Position numbers and translations under genes: made by a program. From a virus (Duplodnaviria > Caudoviricetes): a DNA stretch of 25,146 nucleotides. The stretch lies in the IMG/VR virus record IMGVR_UViG_3300032218_003043, positions 1 through 25,146 of that record. One strand, given 5' to 3'. Under the pieces are notes generated by a model that made no database searches, was not told the DNA's origin, and was given only the letters and a program-made list of their open reading frames with translations. Of the stretch, positions 6,210 to 15,016 are shown piece after piece (within the stretch, counting starts at the first letter, position 1; every line of letters begins with the position of its first letter).

Positions 6210-6464
6210 ATGAACAAAAAACAAGCAATCGCAATTATCAAGAGTAACAAATTCTTCTCAGCCGAATTCACTAAGAAAGACGGCACAATCAGATTCATCA
6301 CCGCCAGGGCCGGTGTAAAGAAAGGTCTCAAGCCCGATGCTAAACCCAAAAGTTACAACGCAAGTGAATTGGGTTATGCAACTGTATGGGACTTAAAAGA
6401 AAAAAACTATCGCCTTATCAATCTTCAAACATTAATCAGAGTTAACAAACAAATCGTAAAATGA
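6210..6464 (+). CDS. WYL_2-like / Sm-like SH3 beta-barrel protein
   Basis: FxKKDGTIR...VWDLxxxxYRxIN pattern. Confidence 0.65.
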   Translation: MNKKQAIAIIKSNKFFSAEFTKKDGTIRFITARAGVKKGLKPDAKPKSYNASELGYATVWDLKEKNYRLINLQTLIRVNKQIVK

Positions 6465-6703
6465 TAAAGACATTCAAAATTGGTGAATCTGCCGTAGGTG
6501 GTATCATCAAAGTTCAAAAGATCATCAGTAAGAAAGCTCTTCGTGAAGATACTTACAACATCAAGATTATAGATTGGGATACTAAAGAAGTTATTCTTTG
6601 GAGATACACATATGGTATCCAAGAGACATACGAATACTTATCCATATACACTACCCACTATTGGGCAGAAACTATTGTATCATACTTTAAAAACAAAAAA
6701 TAA
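6461..6703 (+). CDS. Hypothetical protein
   Basis: 80-aa ORF with an ATGA overlap. Confidence 0.75.
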   Translation: MIKTFKIGESAVGGIIKVQKIISKKALREDTYNIKIIDWDTKEVILWRYTYGIQETYEYLSIYTTHYWAETIVSYFKNKK

Positions 6704-6707
6704 GACT

Positions 6708-6845
6708 ATGACCAAACAAGAAATTTTAGATGGTATTGACAAAGCAATCGATGTAATGTTAACCTACAATCAAGATGAACCAACAGAGAAAATTATTCAA
6801 GCCTTAAATTGGGCTTGGGATAAAGTTAACCAATTAGAAAAATAA
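6708..6845 (+). CDS. Small hypothetical protein (45 aa, start moved to ATG 6708)
   Basis: MTKQEILDGID...; preceded by the same TAAGACT linker as the next gene. Confidence 0.65.
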   Translation: MTKQEILDGIDKAIDVMLTYNQDEPTEKIIQALNWAWDKVNQLEK

Positions 6846-6849
6846 GACT

Positions 6850-7545
6850 ATGCCAAACCATGTTTATTACCACTTCATCCCTGCTGAATTAACCGCAGAG
6901 CAGACAGAAAAACTACACACAATTGCCCGGACTCTTAATGGATTTTGTGGTCACTACCGCCCAATGCCCGATGACATCCGCAACACTACATCTCCTTGTC
7001 GTATTGTAACTCAGAAGGAGTACAATAAACAAATGAAGGAGAACGAGAAGATCGATCGGACTCAGCCTTGGTATCACGAACCTAAGCCCATCACCAAGAA
7101 GATGCAGAAAGCATTGATTGAGAAGTATAGCACAGACAATTGGTACAATTGGGCTTACGACAATTGGGGTACTAAGTGGGGATGTTATGACCACGACATT
7201 GACGGTGGTAACCTACGCTTCTCTACCGCTTGGAATCTATTTGATATCTCTCTGCTTACAGAGATAGCAGTTGACTTCCCTACATTCGTCTTAGCCTATG
7301 AAGAAGAGCAAGGATGGGGTGGTGAGTTTGTATTCGAAGATGGCGAATGTATTGAACGCACAGAATACGATGCACCTACGTGGCACTCTACTGATATCGA
7401 AACAGAAGATGGAACTATCACGCAGTTGTTGTTCCCAATATCTGAGTCCCATTTCAATGAGGGTGCTGACGAAGGTTACTACTATGACTATGACACCAAC
7501 TGCCCCGTTCCTGAAAGTTTCTTAAACCAATATAACTTAAAATAA
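6850..7545 (+). CDS. DUF1281/YubB (Api92-like) ferredoxin-like-domain protein
   Basis: MPNH start, WYNWxxxNWGTKW, FSTAW and YEEExGWGG motifs. Confidence 0.75.
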   Translation: MPNHVYYHFIPAELTAEQTEKLHTIARTLNGFCGHYRPMPDDIRNTTSPCRIVTQKEYNKQMKENEKIDRTQPWYHEPKPITKKMQKALIEKYSTDNWYNWAYDNWGTKWGCYDHDIDGGNLRFSTAWNLFDISLLTEIAVDFPTFVLAYEEEQGWGGEFVFEDGECIERTEYDAPTWHSTDIETEDGTITQLLFPISESHFNEGADEGYYYDYDTNCPVPESFLNQYNLK

Positions 7546-7552
7546 AAAGACT

Positions 7553-7678
7553 ATGGAATATACAATCGAATTCGCAAATGGAGTGTACAATGTTATGCTC
7601 GAAGGTAAGGTAATCTACAGCACCAAAAATTATGCAGCTGCTGAAATGTATTTAACTCATATGGAAAGGGCACACTAA
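7553..7678 (+). CDS. Small hypothetical protein (41 aa, not in ORF track)
   Basis: MEYTIEFANGVYNVMLEGKVIYSTKNYAAAEMYLTHMERAH; fills the gap. Confidence 0.65.
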   Translation: MEYTIEFANGVYNVMLEGKVIYSTKNYAAAEMYLTHMERAH

Positions 7679-7679
7679 T

Positions 7680-7904
7680 ATGAACTTATATCAAATTAAA
7701 ACGACCGCTTACGATGAGGAGGATATGCTCCTTGTAACTGATGCACCTGATGATGCTATCGAGAGAGTACTAGAACCTATGGTAAAAGCAGAACGAGAAG
7801 AAGACCAATGGTTTGATCACGATGATTACCTCAGAGCCTTGGAGACAGCACTACCACAATTTACTTTCTTTTATTACACCGAACCTCATGTTATAGACCT
7901 ATGA
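7680..7904 (+). CDS. Hypothetical acidic protein
   Basis: 74-aa ORF. Confidence 0.75.
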   Translation: MNLYQIKTTAYDEEDMLLVTDAPDDAIERVLEPMVKAEREEDQWFDHDDYLRALETALPQFTFFYYTEPHVIDL

Positions 7905-8182
7905 AAAAAACAACACTCATTCAACAACTCCTCAAAAAATATCCTAAAATGTTAATCTTTGCCGATGGCAATGGATGGACTGAGAACTCACCGGATTGTT
8001 TCTCTGTCTCAGCAGAAGAGCCGGTGATGGACTCTCGTGGATACGATATGTTCAACTATTGGACAGAGAACTACACCCACTACGATTTAGGTGTAAGTAC
8101 AGAACTAACAGCCTTCCTTGAAAAGAGTGGCTACTTTGCTCAGTGGGTTAACCCTGGCGTTATCGGAATCTATAAAGACTAA
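7901..8182 (+). CDS. Hypothetical protein
   Basis: 93-aa ORF with an ATGA overlap. Confidence 0.75.
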   Translation: MKKTTLIQQLLKKYPKMLIFADGNGWTENSPDCFSVSAEEPVMDSRGYDMFNYWTENYTHYDLGVSTELTAFLEKSGYFAQWVNPGVIGIYKD

Positions 8183-8194
8183 ATAAAAAAAAAT

Positions 8195-8578
8195 ATGAAA
8201 CAACAAATTATTGCTCAAGTAGAAGAATCAGATCGCAACATTTACATTACCATCGAAGATGGTTCTTTGGTATCTGTTAATTACTCACAAGGACTTGGAG
8301 ACATCGACCTCCATTTTCTCAATACTCATAGTGAAGGAATCACTTCGTTCGTTATTCGTGAACTTGAGAAACAAGGAGATGACTTGTACTCACCAGAGTT
8401 CTTCTTTCCATCGCCATATTGGGATCAGCAAGTTAAGGCTATCGATGATGCTATTTGGAGCTTGTTTAAAATAGAAAACAAGAAAGACGAACTAATAGAA
8501 CGCATCGAGAAGTTGGAAAATGAAATAGGTAATCTAAAAGCTGAAATTAAAATAATCGATCGCACTTATGGAATTTAA
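8195..8578 (+). CDS. Hypothetical protein with a C-terminal coiled coil
   Basis: 127-aa ORF; heptad LIERIEKLENEIGNLKAEI. Confidence 0.75.
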   Translation: MKQQIIAQVEESDRNIYITIEDGSLVSVNYSQGLGDIDLHFLNTHSEGITSFVIRELEKQGDDLYSPEFFFPSPYWDQQVKAIDDAIWSLFKIENKKDELIERIEKLENEIGNLKAEIKIIDRTYGI

Positions 8579-8891
8579 GATAACACACACACCGATGCAC
8601 TCTCCCGAATTGGGAGTACAAAAACCAAAGGAGATTACTTTTTCCTTAGGCCAAATTGACCAGATGTATGAAGGCAGAGGTAACTGCTGTCGCTGTGGAT
8701 GTGGTGGTAATTACCACACCTTGGAGCATAATTCTCGCAAGATTATCAATGCACTACAGAAAATGGCATCAGGCAAATACCATGTGGAATCTATTGATGA
8801 CTACATCTTCGAGATTGTCCTGAAAGAGTACACAAATAAATGGGGAGAGTTCAGTAGAAATAAAGTACAAACTATTTACCTAAACAAATAA
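8568..8891 (+). CDS. Hypothetical protein with a CCRCGCGG motif
   Basis: 107-aa ORF. Confidence 0.75.
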   Translation: MEFKITHTPMHSPELGVQKPKEITFSLGQIDQMYEGRGNCCRCGCGGNYHTLEHNSRKIINALQKMASGKYHVESIDDYIFEIVLKEYTNKWGEFSRNKVQTIYLNK

Positions 8892-8898
8892 AACAGAC

Positions 8899-9522
8899 AT
8901 GAAAGTATTAGAATTATTCGCAGGTTCTCGCAGTATCGGTAAGGTATGTGATGAGTTAGGTCACGAGGTTTTCTCCTCAGATTGGACTCCCTATGAAGGT
9001 ATAAACTATGTGGCTGATATCAATCAGTTCAATGCAGATAAAGTACCCTTCATCCCGGATATGATTTGGGCCTCACCTCCGTGTACTACATTCTCTGTTG
9101 CCTCTATAGGTAAGCATTGGACATTAGATCGGAGACCCAAAACACAAGATGCTATTATGGGCTTGCAGATCCTTAAGAGAACGATTAGCATCATCGAGTA
9201 TTATCAGATGTTGAACCCCAATCTAATATGGTACATTGAGAATCCAAGAGGTATGATGCGTAAGATGGATGTATGGGGTAAGATACTCCACATCCGTAAC
9301 ACTGTCACCTATTGTCAGTATGGCGATACCCGTATGAAACCTACAGATATTTGGACCAATAACTACCAATGGCAACCACGCCCAGCCTGTAGTAACGGAA
9401 TGTCTTGTCACATCTCTGCCCCCCGTGGTAGCAGAACCGGTACTCAAGGCCTGAAAGGTTCTTACCTCAGATCACAAGTCCCACAACAATTATGTAAGGA
9501 GATAGTAGAATGTACTCATTAA
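8899..9522 (+). CDS. Short DNA cytosine-C5 methyltransferase-like protein
   Basis: VLELFAGS (motif I), ASPPC, IENP, YCQYG and KPTDIW. Confidence 0.85.
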   Translation: MKVLELFAGSRSIGKVCDELGHEVFSSDWTPYEGINYVADINQFNADKVPFIPDMIWASPPCTTFSVASIGKHWTLDRRPKTQDAIMGLQILKRTISIIEYYQMLNPNLIWYIENPRGMMRKMDVWGKILHIRNTVTYCQYGDTRMKPTDIWTNNYQWQPRPACSNGMSCHISAPRGSRTGTQGLKGSYLRSQVPQQLCKEIVECTH

Positions 9523-9893
9523 TAGCAGATAAACTAAAAAACAGAGGGACTGTTGTATACAACCCCTTTCACTATGGTACTAATCCTCCGAGATACTTAG
9601 TCCCTTTAATCGGATGGAATGAACCAATCGGTGATACATCCATAGAAGAATTTCTAATCTCCTTGGAGGATGAAATAGAAGATACCTTAGAATTCATCAA
9701 CCAACACTCATCTACCATCTCCAAAGATTCACTATACTTTGAGGTGGATGCACAAGAATCCTTCTATTGTTGGACAGCCGACCTCTACTTCGATGACCTT
9801 CAGGAGGCTATAAAATATGCGTGGATATTTGAAGCAGATGATATCTATGACTCAGTCGAACAAGAAATTATTTACTTAGATGAAATCGATTGA
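9510..9893 (+). CDS. Hypothetical acidic protein
   Basis: 127-aa ORF with a very D/E-rich C-terminal half. Confidence 0.7.
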   Translation: MYSLIADKLKNRGTVVYNPFHYGTNPPRYLVPLIGWNEPIGDTSIEEFLISLEDEIEDTLEFINQHSSTISKDSLYFEVDAQESFYCWTADLYFDDLQEAIKYAWIFEADDIYDSVEQEIIYLDEID

Positions 9894-10167
9894 TGCATAT
9901 ATCCCTAAAGAAGTCTATGATGAATTTATCGCACAGCATAGCAATTCTAAAAAAGCTCTTGACTATCTCTCTATTATTTTGGAAAATCGTATACGATCCG
10001 AACGATTTCTTATATCGAGAGATTTAATCAAACAAGTGGACCATCAGAAAATTAGTATTCCGGTTAAGGACCATTTGATGCCGTACCTCAATGAGTATTG
10101 TGTGATTAAAGGTATTACCAAACAAGAACTTATTGTCAAACTTATTAAAAGAAAAAGAATCATATGA
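9880..10167 (+). CDS. Probable ribbon-helix-helix DNA-binding protein
   Basis: C-terminal ISIPVKDHLMPYLNEYCVIKGITKQELIVKLI has a strand-helix-G-helix pattern; the N-terminus is similar. Confidence 0.45.
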   Translation: MKSIDAYIPKEVYDEFIAQHSNSKKALDYLSIILENRIRSERFLISRDLIKQVDHQKISIPVKDHLMPYLNEYCVIKGITKQELIVKLIKRKRII

Positions 10168-10844
10168 AAGCAATTGGCTACATCCGGGTGAGTACGGATA
10201 TGCAAGCAGAAAAAGGTACATCCTTGGACAACCAAGTAGCACGCATCAAAGAATTTGCTGAACGCAAAGGATTTATACTGGAAAATATTTATGAGGATGC
10301 TGGCTTTAGTGGAAAAAATACCAACCGACCAGCATTCCAAGAGATGTTTAATCGACTAAAAAAGGGTGATGTAAACGCTGTCATTGTTTGGCACTCCACA
10401 CGATTTGCTCGTAATCTCCGTGACTTCTTGAATCATATGGACATCCTAGAAAAAAAGAAGGTTAAGTTCTACTCTATAGAAGAACCTGAGATGAGCGGAT
10501 CATCCGGTAAGGCTATGCGAAATCTGATGGCCGTGTTTGCCGAGTACCAAAGCGATGTCACCGGAGAGTACACACGATCCGTTAAAATAAATCTTAAGAA
10601 GACAATGAAAGTCTATTGTGCATATCCTCCCCTGGGATTTAAGAATGAGGATGGTAAATTGGTCCGAGACCCAAAGGCATATCAAATTGTTGATCAAATT
10701 AAAGTATATCACAATCAAGGTTTATCATTACGCACCATTGCTCAAATGATTAATATGATGGGACATACGGGTAGTAAAAATGGAAAATTTCATGCAAGTA
10801 CAATTCAAAAAATACTAAAAAATAATATATATGATATACATTGA
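10164..10844 (+). CDS. Serine recombinase (resolvase catalytic domain + short recombinase-type DNA-binding domain)
   Basis: GYIRVST (catalytic Ser), EDAGFSG...RP, RFARN, and C-terminal PPLGF...SLRTIA...STIQKIL. Confidence 0.9.
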   Translation: MKAIGYIRVSTDMQAEKGTSLDNQVARIKEFAERKGFILENIYEDAGFSGKNTNRPAFQEMFNRLKKGDVNAVIVWHSTRFARNLRDFLNHMDILEKKKVKFYSIEEPEMSGSSGKAMRNLMAVFAEYQSDVTGEYTRSVKINLKKTMKVYCAYPPLGFKNEDGKLVRDPKAYQIVDQIKVYHNQGLSLRTIAQMINMMGHTGSKNGKFHASTIQKILKNNIYDIH

Positions 10845-11190
10845 AACCAAACAGCAAACAAATGCTAAGAATAAAATTGTGGAAATAATTGAGGAAGAAT
10901 TTGGTGTACCCCGTGAGTTATGGGAGGTGCGCAGAACCCGTATGAATGATGAAGTTTTTATACGACACATCTATATTTATATGCTGTACAACTATGCTAA
11001 GATTACTTTACAAAATATTTCTAGATTGGTGGGCCTCAAAGGACACGCCACAATAATTCAATCGCTATCCAGATCTAAAAAATGGTTAGAGACCCCAGAA
11101 GAATACCAAACTCAATATGAATTCATCAACAATGTAATTAAAACTTATGAGCAAAGAAATACAAATACTGTTGAATTATCTGCTAGATAA
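10831..11190 (+). CDS. DnaA C-terminal (domain IV) HTH-like protein
   Basis: RTR..DEVFIRHIYIYML...TLQNISRLVG.KGHATII resembles the DnaA domain IV signature. Confidence 0.7.
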   Translation: MIYIETKQQTNAKNKIVEIIEEEFGVPRELWEVRRTRMNDEVFIRHIYIYMLYNYAKITLQNISRLVGLKGHATIIQSLSRSKKWLETPEEYQTQYEFINNVIKTYEQRNTNTVELSAR

Positions 11191-11458
11191 GGCCAACCCT
11201 TCGTGGCGGTTCAACGAAACCTTAATCGAGGCATTCGATAATTTGAATGCTCCTACCTCTAAACGATTTCAACCACCTACTCTGAATGATGTATGGCTTG
11301 AACTACAAAGACTCAAGGTCCGACATCCTATGGAACAAGGCGAAAAGTTTTGGAACTTTTATGAATCTAAGAATTGGATGATTGGGAAGAACAAGATGAA
11401 GAATTGGAAAGCTGCAATAAAAACTTGGAACTTTGAGAAAGATAATCTTATTATATGA
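11147..11458 (+). CDS. Protein resembling a phage replication-initiator C-terminal domain
   Basis: FQPPTL..V...FWNFYESKNW.IGK.KMKNWKAAIKTW motif. Confidence 0.6.
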   Translation: MSKEIQILLNYLLDKANPSWRFNETLIEAFDNLNAPTSKRFQPPTLNDVWLELQRLKVRHPMEQGEKFWNFYESKNWMIGKNKMKNWKAAIKTWNFEKDNLII

Positions 11459-11577
11459 AGAAGTTTTTACGCTCTATCGCATTGATAGTTTGGGTGTTAT
11501 ACATCATAGTAATGATGCTCGCAGCAATCTTGTCGATACTTTATATCGATCATATCATCGAACACCCCAATCAATAA
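11455..11577 (+). CDS. Small single-TM protein (40 aa, not in ORF track)
   Basis: MKKFLRSIALIVWVLYIIVMMLAAILSILYIDHIIEHPNQ; ATGA overlap. Confidence 0.6.
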   Translation: MKKFLRSIALIVWVLYIIVMMLAAILSILYIDHIIEHPNQ

Positions 11578-11630
11578 CTTGGAATTTTAAAAATAAATAT
11601 ATATTATTGTAACCCTTTATAACAAATTAT

Positions 11631-12125
11631 ATGAATTACTATTTGGACTCAGACCTTAATTTAATCCCCCGACCTAAGAAACCTTGGGGGAAAATACTAA
11701 TTGTACTCTTGATGTTATCAATTGTATACTTATTGGTGAAATTACTTACAACTACACCAACTTTTAAAGTTGTGTATAAATATATTCACCCTACAGAACA
11801 GCAAGATATTGAATTGTCTGAAGAGGCAATTGTTAAATGTTTGCACGACAACGGTTGCGTTCTAGCCAATGTGGCTGTGGCCCAGGCGAGATTAGAATCA
11901 AATCTTGGAAAGAGCAATGTAGGAAAGCAAGCCAAAAATATGTTCGGCATCACTCATCACAAATGCAAATATGTTTCTGGTAAACATGGGGTGTACGCCA
12001 AGTATAAAACATATGAGGATAATATTAAATGCTACATTCACATTCAAGATCGATATTTGCAGAACATCAACGGTGTGTATGCAACTGATCCTACTTACAT
12101 CACTAAACTAAAAGAACAGAAATGA
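11631..12125 (+). CDS. Membrane-anchored glucosaminidase (GH73-like peptidoglycan hydrolase)
   Basis: N-terminal TM helix; AQARLES, NMFGI and YATDPxY motifs. Confidence 0.8.
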   Translation: MNYYLDSDLNLIPRPKKPWGKILIVLLMLSIVYLLVKLLTTTPTFKVVYKYIHPTEQQDIELSEEAIVKCLHDNGCVLANVAVAQARLESNLGKSNVGKQAKNMFGITHHKCKYVSGKHGVYAKYKTYEDNIKCYIHIQDRYLQNINGVYATDPTYITKLKEQK

Positions 12126-12382
12126 CAAACAATAAACAACAAACGGCAGTAGATGAACTGTGGGATTATTTAAAAGGATGGATTCCACAAGGACAATATG
12201 CAGGAGTACGTGAGGCTTATTTGGAAGCCAAAGAAATGGAGAAGCAACAAAAGGAAATGAGTTATGCCGATGGTTATGCGGAGGGGTATAAACGGGCATT
12301 GGAAATGATTGAGTGGTACATCAAAAACCACATTAGTGGAATGCCACAAGACCATATTGGTGACACCAACAAAATGATATGA
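12122..12382 (+). CDS. Hypothetical phage protein (QTAV...AKEMEKQQ type)
   Basis: 86-aa ORF with an ATGA overlap. Confidence 0.75.
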   Translation: MTNNKQQTAVDELWDYLKGWIPQGQYAGVREAYLEAKEMEKQQKEMSYADGYAEGYKRALEMIEWYIKNHISGMPQDHIGDTNKMI

Positions 12383-12543
12383 ACAAAGTATATGAGATTA
12401 AACGATTAGACTTCGCATTGTGCGAACACGATCCTAGGGCTCAGAGTGTCTGTGAACCACCTAAAGCACTAACCTTTAATGAATTCCAAAAGAATGTTAA
12501 AAAAGAACTAAAAAAATTATATGACAATCAGAGAAGCAATTAA
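12379..12543 (+). CDS. Small hypothetical protein (54 aa, not in ORF track)
   Basis: MNKVYEIKRLDFALCEHDP...; ATGA overlap with the upstream gene. Confidence 0.55.
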   Translation: MNKVYEIKRLDFALCEHDPRAQSVCEPPKALTFNEFQKNVKKELKKLYDNQRSN

Positions 12544-12763
12544 GTTCCGGTTCGAGAAAAAGACCGTGACTACAGAAGAAAGTGGAGATGACCAAGTGTA
12601 TCACTACTTTACCAAGGATGTAGGTGACATCACCTTTATGATTAGTAAGGAACAGCGAGGCGTATGGATAGGTACAATCTTTGACTATGGGGTTAAATTC
12701 TACAACGCTGGTTCCTTTAAGGATGTAATTAAAGCAGTTGAGAAAGGCGAATGGGATGGCTGA
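12521..12763 (+). CDS. Hypothetical protein
   Basis: 80-aa ORF. Confidence 0.75.
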   Translation: MTIREAIKFRFEKKTVTTEESGDDQVYHYFTKDVGDITFMISKEQRGVWIGTIFDYGVKFYNAGSFKDVIKAVEKGEWDG

Positions 12764-12905
12764 TAATATTGAAATATTTTATGCTCTTGTCAATGGCATT
12801 CCTGAATGGAGAGTTTATATGAACTACGAATTGAAATATAAATTTCCCACTAAAGAACGAGCAGATCGTTATGTTAAGTCACACAATAAAAAGAAAAAGA
12901 AATGA
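12756..12905 (+). CDS. Small hypothetical protein (49 aa, not in ORF track)
   Basis: MADNIEIFYALVNGIPEWRVYM...KKKKK; stop overlaps the next ATG. Confidence 0.6.
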   Translation: MADNIEIFYALVNGIPEWRVYMNYELKYKFPTKERADRYVKSHNKKKKK

Positions 12906-13126
12906 AAGCAATACTAGAATTTAATTTACCAGAAGACCAATTAGAATTTGACCTAATGAGTAAAGCATCTAAGTGGTACAACCTAGCGTGGGAATTAGAC
13001 CAGCACTTAAGGTCTCAGACCAAGTACGCCCCCGATACTATGCCCGATGAGTACTACAAGGCCCTCAAGGATACACGAGATAAACTTTATGCTTTACTTC
13101 TTGAAGATGGTTTATCATTTGACTAA
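12902..13126 (+). CDS. Hypothetical phage protein (MKAILEFNLPED type)
   Basis: 74-aa ORF. Confidence 0.8.
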   Translation: MKAILEFNLPEDQLEFDLMSKASKWYNLAWELDQHLRSQTKYAPDTMPDEYYKALKDTRDKLYALLLEDGLSFD

Positions 13127-14865
13127 TGAACGCAGATAAACTAGTCAAGTTAGGCATTGACTTACGAGATCGATGGAGCGGAGAGGTTAAGACTGTCTGC
13201 CCTAAGTGTGCTCATACTCGCAAGAAGAAGAATGATCCATCCTTAGGCGTTAATATAGACACCGGAGTATGGAAGTGTCACCACTGCGGTTGGAGTGGCT
13301 CAGTGAACCAGTATGTGCGTCCTGAGGCCCGTCCAGAAGTTTCGCAACCTAAAATCTTTGAGTACTTCGAGAATCGTAAGATAACTCCACAGACCGTTAA
13401 GCATTTTCGCATCAGCGAATCTAAGGAATGGATGCCACAAGACCAGGCAGAACACAAGGTCATATGTTTCAATTACTTTCTCAATGATGAATTGATTAAT
13501 ATAAAATTCAAGACATCAGACAAGAAATTTAAAATGGTCAAGGATGCCAAGAAAGTTCCCTACAATATAGATGCGATTAAAAATTCACCATATGTTATTA
13601 TTTGTGAAGGAGAAGAAGAGACAATGGTCTGGCATCAGTCTAACTGCGTTGGAATTTCTGTACCTAACGGTGCTTCTGTTAATAACAATAACCTCGATTG
13701 GTTGGACGGTGTGTATGACTTATTTACCGATAAGATAATATACCTTGCCACCGATAACGATGAGCCAGGCCGGAAGTTAAAGACCGACATTGCTCGCAGA
13801 TTTACCCATCACGATATAAGAATCATAGACTTCCCTCTTAATGAGAAGGATGCCAATGACTGCCTCAAGCGGTATGGACAAGAGTTTATCACACGCTTAT
13901 TCCACGATGCCAAGCCTCTACCAATTGCCGAGATATCCTCGGCAGTTGACTACTTATCTGTAGTCAACTCATATAGGACAGATGGGTATCCGATTGGGGC
14001 TCACGTAGGAATGTCTGAGACCGATGAGCATCTTTCTTGGAGCAGAGGAGAATTAGTTGTTGTAACAGGTATTCCAGGATCAGGCAAGAGTACTTGGCTT
14101 GACTTTATGTTTATACGCCTTGCTTATTTGAAAGGATGGCGTTTCGGAATGTTCAGCCCAGAGAACCTTGCCCCCTTAAAAATCACACGGATGAGCGAAC
14201 AACTGCTTGGCAAAGCACTAAACAAAATGAACTCTGTAGAAGTTGAAACTGCTGTTGGAATCATAAACAAACACTTTTGGTTTTACAATGTCGAAACCAT
14301 CCAAGACTACAGCATCACCAACCTATTGCGTTTGGCTGAGATGTTGGTTAAGCGTAATGGTATTGATTGCTTATGCTTAGATCCTTTTAACTACATCGAG
14401 CAAGATAGTTCTGAAGAGAGTTCTAACGAGAAGATTGGTAACTTGTTACGCAAACTAAAGCAGTTCGCTGTTAAGTTTAATGTCAATGTATGCCTAGTGG
14501 CCCACCCTCGTAAGATGGACAAGACAGCTTCTGGTTACAATGTACCTCGTCTGTACGATATTTCGGGCTCACATCATTTCTTTAATGTACCCGACATTGG
14601 TATTGCAGTACACAGAGCGTTTCAGAACGGACAGAAAGATCCGGTAGAAGTACACATTCAGAAAATGAAATACCATTTCCGTGGTAAGTTGGGCCGAATA
14701 GATTACGAGTTTAATCGTGAGTCGGGTCAGTACACAGAAGATGGAATCTTTAACAATTTAATGACGATAAAAAATGATATTGAGACAACTGAGAATGATT
14801 TGTTTAACTCACCAAATGCGTGGGGAAGAGGTGCTGGAATTCAACCTGAGTCCATATTATTTTAA
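13126..14865 (+). CDS. Bifunctional primase-helicase (Twinkle / T7 gp4-type)
   Basis: Zn-binding CPKC...CHHC, TOPRIM (CEGEE, DNDEPG, KDAND), SF4 helicase Walker A GIPGSGKS, LDP, AHPRK and DISGS. Confidence 0.93.
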   Translation: MNADKLVKLGIDLRDRWSGEVKTVCPKCAHTRKKKNDPSLGVNIDTGVWKCHHCGWSGSVNQYVRPEARPEVSQPKIFEYFENRKITPQTVKHFRISESKEWMPQDQAEHKVICFNYFLNDELINIKFKTSDKKFKMVKDAKKVPYNIDAIKNSPYVIICEGEEETMVWHQSNCVGISVPNGASVNNNNLDWLDGVYDLFTDKIIYLATDNDEPGRKLKTDIARRFTHHDIRIIDFPLNEKDANDCLKRYGQEFITRLFHDAKPLPIAEISSAVDYLSVVNSYRTDGYPIGAHVGMSETDEHLSWSRGELVVVTGIPGSGKSTWLDFMFIRLAYLKGWRFGMFSPENLAPLKITRMSEQLLGKALNKMNSVEVETAVGIINKHFWFYNVETIQDYSITNLLRLAEMLVKRNGIDCLCLDPFNYIEQDSSEESSNEKIGNLLRKLKQFAVKFNVNVCLVAHPRKMDKTASGYNVPRLYDISGSHHFFNVPDIGIAVHRAFQNGQKDPVEVHIQKMKYHFRGKLGRIDYEFNRESGQYTEDGIFNNLMTIKNDIETTENDLFNSPNAWGRGAGIQPESILF

Positions 14866-15016
14866 AGAACTCAAAAATGGATATTTTACTTACAACAATA
14901 TTAAAATACTAGTTTATAGCACTGGTTGGAACAAGATAAAAGATTATTATTATTTAGAAATTCAAACTCCCGAAGGTATTGTGATGTGTCATAGTTTAAC
15001 ATATAAAATAAAATGA
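14774..15016 (+). CDS. Hypothetical protein (true start may be ATG 14816)
   Basis: Bridges the helicase and polymerase genes; ATGA overlap with the polymerase. Confidence 0.55.
   Translation: MILRQLRMICLTHQMRGEEVLEFNLSPYYFKELKNGYFTYNNIKILVYSTGWNKIKDYYYLEIQTPEGIVMCHSLTYKIK

Noticed and set aside
10164-10844. Serine recombinase as a prophage integrase or IS607 transposase marking a mobile element
   Set aside because: Too short for a large serine integrase, no N-terminal MerR-like HTH or tnpB neighbour, and no att sites or element ends visible.
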